Shown here one piece after another: positions 52,330 to 64,000 of a stretch of 64,000 bases of DNA (positions within the stretch are counted from its first letter, which is position 1; the number at the start of each line of letters is the position of its first letter). The notes under the pieces were generated by a model. The model was not told the origin of the DNA. It made no database searches and saw nothing but the letters and a program-made list of their open reading frames with translations. The stretch covers positions 27,406,001-27,470,000 of the forward strand of contig NC_086118.1 of NCBI RefSeq assembly GCF_963921235.1, written 5' to 3'. The position numbers and the translations under genes are program-made. The stretch is from Mobula hypostoma. Taxonomy: Eukaryota.

Positions 52330-54365
52330 CTTGGTTTTTACATACCACCAAAAGCCAACGTTAATCAGGCGGAGGAGAAGATGGCAACGCGACGCAGCGT
52401 GCGCAGCCTCTCCGGTGATGATATCTGTTATCTGTCAAGTAGGATGCCGTGCATAATTCCGATTTGATGGAGGCAGATGTGAGAGCACGGAGGAACATCT
52501 GGTGAAACTTCTGAAATGCCTGCTTCACTGCCGCTGCTACTGTGTGGTCCAAAATCTCCGGAGGAGAAGGCCGTTAATCCTCGGCTTTGCCTGTTGCTTG
52601 GCGGCTGGGGCCGGGGTCAAAACGCTCGGCAGAGATGGTGCTCGGTGCTTGGTGTCGGAGGCTTGGAGTTTTCGGATGGACTCAGAGTCGGACTGTGGTC
52701 GAGTGCTTCCAGGATGCAGCATCGGCAAGTTTGCGGCGCTGGAAGCTCATGGCAGGGAGAGTTTCTTCCTTCTACCGTCTGCATGAGATGTTGGGGCTAT
52801 CGGGACTTTGAGACTTTTTTTTTACCATGCCCATGGTCTACTCTTATCAAATTACAGTATTGCTTTGCACAGTTGTAACTATATGTTATAACTATGTGGT
52901 TTTTGCCAGTTTTAGTCTTGGTCTGTCTTGTGTTTCTATGATATCATACTGGAGGAACATAGTATCATTTCTTAATGCATGCATTCCTAAATGACAATAA
53001 ACGAGGACTGAGTGTCCCCATAATCTAATCTAATCTAATCAGGCACTCGAGATATTGAATGCTGCCATCACCAAACAAGAAACTGCTCAGCCTGACGCAT
53101 TTCAGATCGTAGTTGGGGACTTCAATCAGGATTGTTTGAAGAAATCTCTGCCCAACTATCATCGGCATATAACCTGTGGCACCAGTAGTCCCAATACATT
53201 ATATAAGTTCTATACTACAAGATGGAATGCCTACCATTCCATGCCCAGACTGTATTTCGGGAAATCTAATCTCTTGGCTGTCCTTCTCCTACTGTCATAC
53301 AGGCAGAGGCTAAAAGGCAAGGCTCCAGAGATAAGGACAACAAAGGTGTGGTCGCATGAGGCAGAGGAGCAGCTATGGGATTGCTTTAAGTTGGTGGACT
53401 GGGCCGTGTTCAAGGACTCATCAGAGGATCTGAATGACTACACCACTGTTGTCACCGACTTCATACAAACAGTCGTAGATGAGTGTGTCCCCACAAAATC
53501 ACTCAGAGTCTTCCCCAACCAGAAGCCTTGATGAACCATGAGATCCACAATCTGCTGAGGGCCAGATCAGTGGTATTCTGGTCTGGCAACCAAGTAAGGT
53601 ACAAGAGGTCCAGGTACAATCTCCAGATTGCCATCCTACGTGTGAAGTGATAAAGGTGCACCAAATCTGAACCACTGAAGGAACTTTGACAGCTGTGGCA
53701 GGGGGCTTGAATGCTATCACCTCTTACAAAGTGAAACCAAATGACATAGACAATAAATCTTTGCTCCCGGATGAGCTCAGTGCCTTTGATGCTTGCTTTG
53801 ACCATCAAAACATGGAGGTGCCTTCATGACCTCCCACAGACCCTGATGACCCAGTGACTTCAGTCTCTGAGGCCGACATGAGAGCATCCTTCAGGAGCTT
53901 AACCCGCGGAGGCATCGTCACAAATGGCATACTTAGTTGAGTGTCAAAGACCTGTGCTGATTAACTGGCTAGAGTGTTCACCAATATCTATATCCTCTTA
54001 CTTCGGCAGTCTGATATAGTCAGTCACTAAGCAGCACTTACATCCACTGTGATTAAGTGCTTCCAGAAGTTGGTGATGAAACATATCCTGCCTGAGAAGC
54101 GACTTGAAAATGCTCCAGTTTGCCTACCATCACAACAGGTCCACAGCAGATTGCATTTCTTTGGCTCTTCACTCAACCCTGGAACACCTGGACAGAGAAG
54201 ATGCATACATCAGGATGCTATTTATCGACTACAGCTCGGCATTCAATGCTATCATCCCCTTAAAACTAATCAAGAAGTTTCAAGACCTTGGCCTTAATAC
54301 CTCCTTGTGCAAATGGATCCTCAATTTCCTCACTTGTAGACTCCAGGCAGTTTGGATTGGCAACA
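52330..54365 (+). mobile_element. Rex1/Babar-type LINE fragment
   Basis: [40 protein letters not shown]; homologous to 33025-34312; interrupted at 52371-53035. Confidence 0.88.
52371..53035 (+). mobile_element. Family A non-autonomous retroelement, complete copy
   Basis: ggaggagaagatggc head, (taatc)n tail, TSD taatcaggc at 52362-52370 and 53036-53044. Confidence 0.88.
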
Positions 54366-54419
54366 GAAATATAAATTTGTACCTTTGATTAGAATGGGAA
54401 TGATTAGAGAGTCAGAGAG

Positions 54420-54760
54420 TTATTGAGAAATAAAACAGAGAAAAAGGACATTCAGCCCACTAAATCTACAGTGGTTAGCCATCCACTTACACTAAATCTG
54501 TATTAACTTCTGTTTTAAAATTCTTCGTTTCTCATCAGGTCTGCCTAGGTTCCACATCAGAACACTGGAGGCATCTTATAGTGGCTAATTAACACACCAA
54601 AATGGACACCTTAGCGATAAGGAAGGAAACCCAAGCTTTTACAGGGAGAATGTGCAAACAACACAGAACTGTCCCCAAGGTCAGAATGGAACCCTTGACC
54701 TCTGGAGCTACAAAGCAACAGCTTGTGAACTGCACCATTGTACTGCATTATTTCTCCTGG
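54420..54760 (-). mobile_element. Old SINE (tRNA head, CR1-like tail)
   Basis: gggagaatgtgcaaac and gaaggaaacc blocks are shared with the remnant at 39060-39270; B-box-like ggttccatt on the minus strand. Confidence 0.45.
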
Positions 54761-57736
54761 GGTATTGGGACAGATTCACAATGATGTGAAAGTGTGGTGA
54801 ATGGAAGGGAGATGTCATAAGTAGCTTGGATGAAATCAAAGGAACATCTGATGAACCTCGCGCAACAGAACTGGATCCATTGAGGTGGGAATATCTTCTT
54901 CTGAAAGATAAAGTAGAAGAAGAGAAGGGTAGGATGCGATGTAAAGAAGATAGCAGAGAAAATATTGACAACTCCATATTTAATATAATCTCTTCATACT
55001 GAAGCCTCAATATTTTGTCACATATAGTATCAGAGATGATGAAGGAGATTCCAAATCTGTGAAATTTAAGCATGCAGAAGGTGTGAAAAAGAGATGATTA
55101 AAGAAATTGCTATTCCACTTGAAGATTCTGCCACAGTAAAGGAAGTTGGTTGCAGCAGACTGCAATTAAAGGAAGTTGCTCTGGATAACTATGTCAACAA
55201 ACATGGAAAACGTTGAGATCTGGGATTGACAGACAATGAAAGGTTGGGTTTGGTAGGATAAGAATAGGAGCAATGAAGGTAAGGCAGTGCAGAGTCATTG
55301 TAAGGCAATAATGGTGATGGGTCAGAGATTAACTCAGGAAAAGATTACAGATCGAATAGGAAAATAACCGGATTATGTAACAGAGCTGAGGAAGTGTTTG
55401 GAGGTGGACTTCTCTCTGGGACATAACATTTATCATTTCTTAGCAATAGACAGGAAAGGAAATAGCTGTGCAAACATCTAGATTTACAAATAACACCACA
55501 GCAGGACAAGAATGAAGTTGAATAAAATAGGTCAGAAGAAGTGCAAATTTATGTTGCACTTTGCAATAGAGATGCTCACAGCAGTGACTAAAGCCATCTG
55601 ACAATTCATGGACCATTTGGTGATTAACATTCTTTTCAATGATTTAGGCATGGTATAGAACAAATATGCATGAAAACAAAATTACACCACATGACCAAAG
55701 CAAAGTGATCCAAATTGAAATTCTTGTATTTTTCTTAGGGTAAAAATAAAAAACAACTTTGAAAATGTTAATAAGCTATACAAAATACATGTAACTGCAT
55801 TGATGTTCAACTCAAGAATTTCAGATATCTATTCTGCAAATTCCAGTTTGATCCACACTACCTTCCCTCCTAAAATTGTTCTTTTAACTGAGCCCTTGAT
55901 TTATCTTTCTTGATAGTTGGTGCTTTGGTTTAATGTTTCTTTTTGACTATTCCTCTTTGACGCATTTTGTATGAGTTCTGCATGTTGACAGGTGCTTGGG
56001 GAGTTCACAGAATTGTGCTGTATTCTGAGACTTTCCAGAAAACCTGAAGTTCAAGTGCATATTGTTGCATCAGAATTTACAGTTCAAAGCAATTTATGTT
56101 CTATATAAATCTCCTAGCCTACTTGCCCTAACCATATCAACATGCTCTAATACTTATTCCCTGATCTTGTAGTGCAGCTTTTCATTCAATACAAACCAAA
56201 TTATTCATTTCAACCACTCGATGTAATGGTACATTCCACATTCTAAGTACATTCTGTTCCAGTGAGGTTTTAAGGGCAAAGTAAGTTATGGGATCAATTC
56301 CAGATACTTACAATGTTCGTCATACTCAATCAGGGTGATGGGAGTAGTGTACCAGGTCTTACTGCCCTCAAGGCTGTGGAGAAGGAACCAGCTTCACTTT
56401 TAATGGAGTATCTGTGCATATCGTGTGAGGACCTGATTAGGTTTGGATGTGAAGTCTAATAGTCTGCCAGCACTACCACTGCTGATGTATAAAGAATTGC
56501 TCTTTGGGTGTGGTGCCAGAGGGTCGTCAATTTGGATTGAACAGTATCTATTATGGGGATTAACTTCATAACAAAAAAGAACAAAGCAAGGCGGGAAATA
56601 ATGTTAAATATCATGGGTGATTTTGATTGCAGTACATTTATTTGGTTTATTTAAATTGCTGCCTCTCATTCACACAATACAAGTACTGGCTACAAAATAG
56701 CGAATAAAAATCAGCATCGCTATGCTAACAAGGTGAAGAATATAACCAGCTGTTTTAAGGCCGATAAGCATGTCACTCTAATGATGCAGCTATTATTTAA
56801 ATTTACTCTTTGAATTAAGCCAAATAGAGAATTTGTTTCTCTATTTATGTCATGATAATCCATGAAATTTACAGTGCAGAAAAAGGTCATTTATCCCTTT
56901 CAGTCTGTGCCAGCTGCATGCCAGGACAATGCCTTTACCTCTTCTCTTACCTGGTGCCACATCTCCCTTCAAACATTAGTTTAGCTTAAAACAGTACAGT
57001 AGCACCAACCATTTTCCATAAAGATGGCATTTCTGTACTTCCGAAATCCTCTGTATAAATCTTCCATAAACTGTCTCTCTGCTTTCTCTCATTGTTTTTT
57101 TCCTCTCTCTGTTACACTCTCTGAGTCTGTCTCTGATGCTTCAAAGGGAAAATTCAACTTGGCTGTGCACAGTTTTTGGAAATATTAGAAGTCTTCAAGC
57201 TCCGTCCAACAATGATGTAGAAATATATGATTTTATTGTGCTGGTGGTGAACAAGCACTTAAACGTTGCCTGACCTCTAGAAGTAAGCAGACAATAACTT
57301 CAATAGTACACAACAATAGTTTGATACCAGTGCTGTTCTTTTTGAGTTTAGTGTTATGTTTATGCCCTCTCTCAAGCATGCATGTGAACATGTGCTCATC
57401 TGCAGAATGGACCACTTACAGAAGCAATTTCAAAGGGCTATTTATAGTTAGCTGTGTCCTTCGTATTGCAGTTCAACAAGATTCTGGTGTTTTCCAGAAT
57501 TGCTTTAAGTTGCAAAAGGTTTACAGGGCTTTCGGGGGTGGGGGGGGGGTGCAGTGACGGAGAACAATATCGACTGTGTATATTGGCTTCTTCAAGCTAT
57601 GGGTGCATTTTGGGAAATTCAATTTTGCGAACAAGTTTGTGAAGTAAGCTGAGGGCTTTGCAAAAAAGAACAAAAGTCTGAGGCTAATGAGAAAGGAAAC
57701 TGATTTATAATTATTGCATGTAATAATTATAAATTC

Positions 57737-57988
57737 TTCACACAGCGAATGGTGAATCTGTGGAATTCTCTGCCACAGGAAACAGTTGAGGAGGCCAGTT
57801 CATTGGCTATATTCAAGAGGGAGTTAGATAAGGCCTTTGTGGCTAAAGGGATCGGGGGTATGGAGAGAAGGCAGGTATAGGGTTCTGAGTTGGATGATCA
57901 GCCACGATCGTAATGAATGGCGGTGCAGGCTCGAAGGGCTGAAAGGCCTACTCCTGCACCTATTTTCTATGTTCCTATGTTTCTATGT
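57737..57988 (+). mobile_element. CR1 3' end, same subfamily as 42990-45915
   Basis: Closely similar to 45667-45915, including the (tttctatg)n tail. Confidence 0.93.
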
Positions 57989-58724
57989 ACAGTGAAATAA
58001 CTTTATTTTGCTTGCCTTCCATATATCTCATTTCACAATATAAGTACTGTATATTGAGGTAGTATAAGGGAAAAGTAATATCAAAATGCGGAATAGTGTT
58101 ACAGATACAGAGAAAATTCTGTGTGTGTGCAGACAATGTTGTGCAAGCCATTGATGAGGTAGATTGTGAGGCTACGAGTCCATCTTATCTTACTAGATGT
58201 CAAAATGCTTGTACTCATGAGGTGATGTTATCCTGATGAAAGGCCATTGATGTGAGACAGAAGGAACTCCATTTTTCTTTCCGAGTGTGCTACCAAAACT
58301 ATTTCCAGCATTTTCTGTTTTCTCTTCAGGTCTCCTTCACCTGTTGTATTATTTGATCCATCTAGTGAATACTCTTCTGATTTAAACCCAATAAGGCACA
58401 AATTTCAAAGTTTAAAAACCCTCAGAGTTTAAATTTCTCTTTATTTCTGTCATAAAAGGGGAACAATTAGTAAGAAAATCTGTCCCCTAGTTCCAGATTA
58501 GTCATGACATTGTCCTCGCTAATCCTTTTTAGAATCTTGTACGCTTCAAGATTACCCTTAATTTTTCAGTCTGGGTTTTTTATAATATACAGTATTTCTG
58601 TTTTTGCATTTTTTTAAAAATCTATTCAATATATGTAATTGATTTACTTGTTTATTTATTATTTTTTTTTCTCTCTGCTAGATTATTTATTGCATTGAAC
58701 TGCTATTGCTAAACTAACAAATTC

Positions 58725-60530
58725 CACACTCTCATAACCCTCTGAATGAAGAAGTTCCCCCTCATTTTCCCCTTAAACCTTTCATCTTCCACCCTTAACC
58801 CATGAGCTCTGGTTGTAGTCCCACCCAAACTCCGTGGAAAAAAGCCTGCTTGCATTTACACTTTCGGTACTCCTCAGAATTTTGTATACCTCTATCATAT
58901 CTCCTCTCAACCTTCTACGTTCGAAGGAATACAGTCCTAACCTATTTAATCCTTCCCTATAACTCAGGTCCTGCAGACCTGGCAATATCCTTGTAAATTT
59001 TCTCTATGCCCTTTCAAATTTATTTACATCTTTCACATAGGTAGGTGAACAAAACTGTACACCATACTCTAAATTAGGCCTCACCAACATCTTACACAAC
59101 TTCAACATAACATTCCATTTCATATCCTCAATAGATTGATTTTTGAAGGCTAATGTGACAAAAGCTTTCTTTATGACCCTGTCTACCTGTGACACTACTT
59201 TCAATGAATTCTGGGCCTGTCTTCACATATCTTTTTGTTTTACCACACTCCTCAATGCCCTCCTATTCCCTGTGTAAGAACTACCCTGGTTTGTCCACTG
59301 ACGTGCAATACTTTGCACTTGTCTGCATTAAATTCAATCTGCCATTTAGATTATGAAGACACATAGTCCCCTTTTATTGTCATTTAGTAATGCATGCATT
59401 AAGAAATGATACATTATTTCCTCTGGTGTGATATCACAAAACACAGGACAAACCAAGACTGAAAAAACTGACAAAACCACATAATTATACATATAGTGAC
59501 AAACAGTGTAACAATACCGTAACTTGTTGAAGAAAGTCCGTGAGCACAGTAAAGTTCAAAGTTTCTCAAATGTCCCACATCTCACGCAGGCGGGAGAAGG
59601 AAGGAAGAAGAACTCTCCCTGCCATGCCAACCACAATCCCACTCTGAGTCATCCGAAAACTTCGAGCTCTGATCAGCTCTCCAACACCGAGTACTGAGCG
59701 GCAACTCTGCCGAATGATTTGACCTCCTTCTCGGTCGCCAAAAGCAGGCAAGACCGGGGATTTTGAGGCCTACCCTCTGAAAGCTTCCTGACCACACAGT
59801 AACGACAGCAGCGGACGAGCGTTTCAGAAATTTCTCCAGGTGTTCCTCTGTGCTTTCACGTCCATTCTCCATCAAATCAGAATTGTCCACGGCCCCTATT
59901 TAACAGATGCGACATCATTTTTCACCGGAGAGCTGCGCACGCGCGGCGCGCTGCCATCTTCTCCTCCTGCCTTTTTCCAGCTGATGCAGATCCCTCTGCC
60001 AACCATGACAGCCTTCCTTGCTGTATACTACACCCTGAATCTTGGTGTCATTCGCAGGTTTGCTGTTCCAGTTAACCACATAATCATCCAGATCATTGAT
60101 ATAGATGACAAATAATAACGGCGCCAGCATTGATTGCTGCAGTACCCCACTAGTCACAGGCCTCCAGTCAGAGTGGCAACCCTCTACTACTCTTTTGGCT
60201 TCTCCCACAAAGCCAATATCTAATCCAATTTACTACCACATCCTGATTGCTGAGTGACTGAACTTTCTTGACCAACCTCCCACGCGGGACCTTGTCAAAG
60301 GCCTTGCTAAAGTCCATGCAGACAACATCCACTGCCTTGCCTTCATCAACTTTCCTGGTAACTTCCTTGAGAAACTCTATAAGATTGGTTAGATATGACC
60401 TACCACGCTTGAAGCCATGATGACTATTCTTAATTAGTCCATGTCTATCCGAATAATTATATATCTTGATCCCTTAGAATACCTTAAATAGCTTTCCCAC
60501 AACTGATGTCAGACTCACTGGCCTATAATG
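58725..60530 (-). mobile_element. Old CR1 RT fragment
   Basis: LVRPNLEY, RRRLRGDMIEVYKI, WRPVTSGV..LFVIYINDLD; split by a family A element. Confidence 0.88.
59348..59966 (-). mobile_element. Family A non-autonomous retroelement
   Basis: Homologous to 4135-4752 and 52371-53035; probable TSD ctgccattt / ctgcctttt. Confidence 0.85.
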
Positions 60531-62184
60531 AACTGAAGCTTCTTCCCTTCTGCCATCCGATTCCTAAATGGACATTGAACCCGTAAACACTACTTCACTT
60601 TTAAAAAATATTATTTTTGTTTTTACACTAATTTTAATTTATCTATTTGGTATACACACGTATAGATATACACTTACTGTAATTGATTTACTTCTTTATT
60701 TTTTTCTATGCTATCATGCATTGCATTGTACTGCTGCCTCTAACTTAACAAATTTCACAACCTATGTAAACCTGATTATGATTCTGTTTTATGTTTAGAG
60801 CCTTTTTAAACAGCGGAACATTGGCTATCCTCCAATCTTCTGGTACCTCACCTGCCAACTCCCAAAAGTGGGGAGTGCATCTGTTTCTGGAGGTTGACCC
60901 TAATGGGCCCCGTGTTTCATTGTAACATCCAGTGTGGTGGCAAGCACTCGGGGGCGGGAGGTTGCCAGGCACTTCAGCAGGGTGACAGGATTAGAAGGAC
61001 AAATGCTCTCTTCCTGAGAGGTAACACCGCAGAGAGTAGTGTCACTGCATTGATTTAGATGGGTTGCTAGACCAGTGTGAGGCTTCAAGCCCCCTTGCAT
61101 CCAGAGCCACACTGACAGCTAGTACAGCTTCACAGTTGATCAAATTGTTCTCGATCTAACTGGCTTAATATCCCCACAAGACAATTTTGTTTCAATTTTT
61201 AAATTAAACTCAATTCAACAATTTTTTTTGTGGAAGAAAGTTCTATATTCCTACTACCATTTGTCTAAAATAAACAGTTTCTAATATCACTGCTGAAAGG
61301 ACTGGATCTCATTTTAATATTGTTCTGCCTCATACAGAACTCCCTACCAGAAGCAATGGGTTTTTTTGCTATTCTTTACTAACAACACAGATACCTACTT
61401 GCCCTCTTGGTATATCTTCTTCCGTCACAGACTACTTAGGTTTTGACATAAGATTCCCGTGGCTTCTCAGGACAAGCCTATTTTTAATGATTCCTGTTAA
61501 TGCCTTTGGGGATTGTTCTTATAAATGCTACCTTATTGCCTGAGTTCCTATCAAAATTTGTCATGCAAGAACTAAATCCTCTTGTCCTTTATCTTTATCA
61601 GCGGCTTCTATTGTATTGAAGTCTTGGAAATGCTGCAGTTGCAATTGACTTCACAGTCAAGAAACAGACAATCTGTCTTACTTAAATATCCACCACATAA
61701 GCCTATGAGAAAAATGTTTAAAATATTTTCTTTAAAATGCCACCACAAATGAATGACAAAATCAAGCAGTGAAGCAGACTGTAAAATGGAAAAGATGACT
61801 TGAAAATCAGTACAAATTGAATTGCATTGTACTTACTGTAGCTTTCCTTTTGCCTTTTTCACATATCTAATGTGAATGTCCACTTTTAAGTTAAGTTTAA
61901 GTTTTTTTTAATTGGACCAAGCACCACCTCTGTGCATCGTCTCTGATACCTTTCTCCTTGGGTGACTGTAACACGCAACAAAATACGCATCAAGTCCAGC
62001 TCCACCACAATTGAACAAATTGCTGACCTGCAGTTATTCAATTTGTAATATTCAGAAGTGTCTTATGATCATAAAGAAATTGTAAATGATGAACAGTTAC
62101 ACTCTTGTTTGGACCCAGAGAAGCTGCTGCAACCAAGTGTGCTGCCATCTTATCGGGAGACTTATTCTGTGATATAATTAGACA

Positions 62185-63090
62185 AAACTCATAAAAGCAG
62201 AATTAGGCAATTTGGCTCATTGATTCTGCTCTGCTATTTGACAATGGTTGATTTATTTTCCCCTCTCAACTGCATTCTCCTGTCCTTGCCACGTAAACTT
62301 TGACACCTTTTGACATTTGACATCCAGATCATTAGCACATTAACATGAAAAGTAGATGACTCAAAACTGACCCCTGCAAAACACCACCGGTCACTGGCAG
62401 CCAACGAAAAAGATCCTCTTTATTCCCACTCTTTGCCTTCAGCCAAACAGCCAATCTTCTATCCATGCCGATACCATTCCTGTGATACCTTGGGCTTTCA
62501 TTTTGTTTAGCAATCTGATATGTGCACCTTGACAAAACTTTCTGAAAATCCATGTAAACAACATCCACATCCAGACAGGATCTCATTTGTCTAACCTGCT
62601 GACTGGCAGGAGGCGAAGAATGGGAACAAAGAGGTCCTTTTCTGGTTGGCTGCTGGTGCCTAGGGGTGTTCTGCTGCTTTTTCAAAGAATACCAATAGGT
62701 TTGTCAAGGAAGATCTCTCCTTAAGGAAACCATGTAAATTTAGCCTAATTTATCCATGTGCTTCCAAGTATCCGAAAACTTCATTCTAAATAAATCTTAC
62801 TAAGCAATGAAGTTGAGCTAAATACTTATGATTTCCTGTCTTCTGCCTCCCTCCTTTCTTAAAAAGTGGAATGGCATTTGTAAGTTTCCATTCCTGACTC
62901 TAGTGATTCTTGAAAGATCATTACTAATGCCTCCACAATCTCTTCAGAATGTCTTTCAGAACACTTGGGTATAGCCCATTTGGTCGTGGTGGTTTCAGAT
63001 CTTTCAGCTTCCCAAGCACTGCATTCCTTAGTAATATTGATTACATTCACTTCTCCCCACAGGCACCCTCGAATTTCTAGTACTGTTGCT
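62185..63090 (-). mobile_element. Decayed, internally deleted CR1
   Basis: VDVVYMDFQK, WLPVTGGVLQGSVL, EEIVEALVMIFQESL. Confidence 0.8.
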
Positions 63091-63094
63091 GATT

Positions 63095-63990
63095 GAAAGT
63101 TCAAAGTACATTTATTATCGAAGTATGTATATTGTATAGAACCCTGAGATCTATCACCTTATAGGCAGCCAGAAAACAAAGAAACCCAATAGAACCTATT
63201 AATACAGAATGCTGTCAAACCCACAATGTGCAGAGAAAAAGAAACAAATTGTGAAAACACTAAAAGTAAGCAAACTACATTCAGAACTGAAGTTCATGGA
63301 AGGATCCACAGCCATGAAGTCAGCCGTTCCAAAAGCGCATTAACGCCGACTACAGCCTCAGCTCGGTGCAGAGATGAGTAAACCTCGTGAGCAGTGAGCT
63401 GAGCACCAACCCGTCAATCTCCTCTAGCACCGACACCCTGATCTTTTCAATCTGACCCAGCTCTTAAATCCGCCGAACAGCGGGTTGTCCCTTGCTCTCA
63501 GACCTGATCCCTGCCACTTTGACATGCTCTCAAGCCCAGGATTAGCCACCTCGATTCAACCCAAATCCAACCATTTGAATCTGGTCTGGTGCTTAAATTG
63601 GTCAAACATCAGCTTGTGCCTTACTTCTGAGCCTGGCCCTTGTTCCCTCAACTTAACCTGGCCTCAGTTCTTTCGCTTCAAATTGGCTCTAAGTCTCTTC
63701 CAGCAATGGCCACACATTGGCTTGTTCCTTGCTCTCTAGCCTGGGTCCTACCGATTTGACTCAGCCCATATATGCTTCCCTGTAACCTTCCTGCACCTTT
63801 GAGAATTTAGTTCACACCACAAAAATGCCAGGTCATACAGGAGGTTTAAAAAAACATATCCAAAAGGGAAGTTACAAGCTATTGATTGAAGTGAGCATTT
63901 ACTAGAAAAAGTGTGATTAATAGAGTAGTTAGTAGCTTCGTTTGCTGCCAGCGAGTCATCTCTGTGTTTCACTGCCATCTTAAACCGGAT
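63095..63990 (-). mobile_element. Non-coding retroelement with AAGATGGC head and Rex1-like tail
   Basis: Left end aaagttcaaagtacatttattatcgaagtatg; right end ctgccatcttaaaccgga (minus: tccggtttaagatggcag). Confidence 0.6.
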
Positions 63991-64000
63991 ATTTTCTACT

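Noticed and set aside
57703..57734. 32-bp AT-rich palindrome next to a CR1 5' junction
   Set aside because: Short and low complexity; at most a junction by-product.

Overview
AT-rich, repeat-dense vertebrate DNA, most likely intronic. The repeat repertoire (CR1 LINEs with esterase ORF1, Rex1/Babar-type fragments, Penelope-like elements with short inverted termini, tRNA-derived SINEs) suggests a cartilaginous fish such as a ray or shark; this is inference. The long ORFs are retrotransposon-derived, and only one plausible host exon is visible (8-160). The main find is a heavily decayed foamy-virus-like (spumaretrovirus-related) endogenous retrovirus on the minus strand at about 18.96-22.75 kb. 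It is invisible as a long ORF but can be rebuilt across stops and frameshifts: Gag capsid-like motifs, RT thumb/connection, RNase H, the integrase HHCC finger and a possible tRNA-Lys primer-binding site. It carries hints of G-to-A hypermutation and later CR1/Penelope insertions. Also present: minimal hammerhead ribozyme motifs in Penelope-type termini, two foldback palindromes, a three-layer nest (CR1 inside hAT inside CR1), a BEL/Pao fragment with LTR, solo LTRs, and non-coding AAGATGGC-headed retroelements. Protein comparisons were made by eye against remembered family motifs, not by database search.
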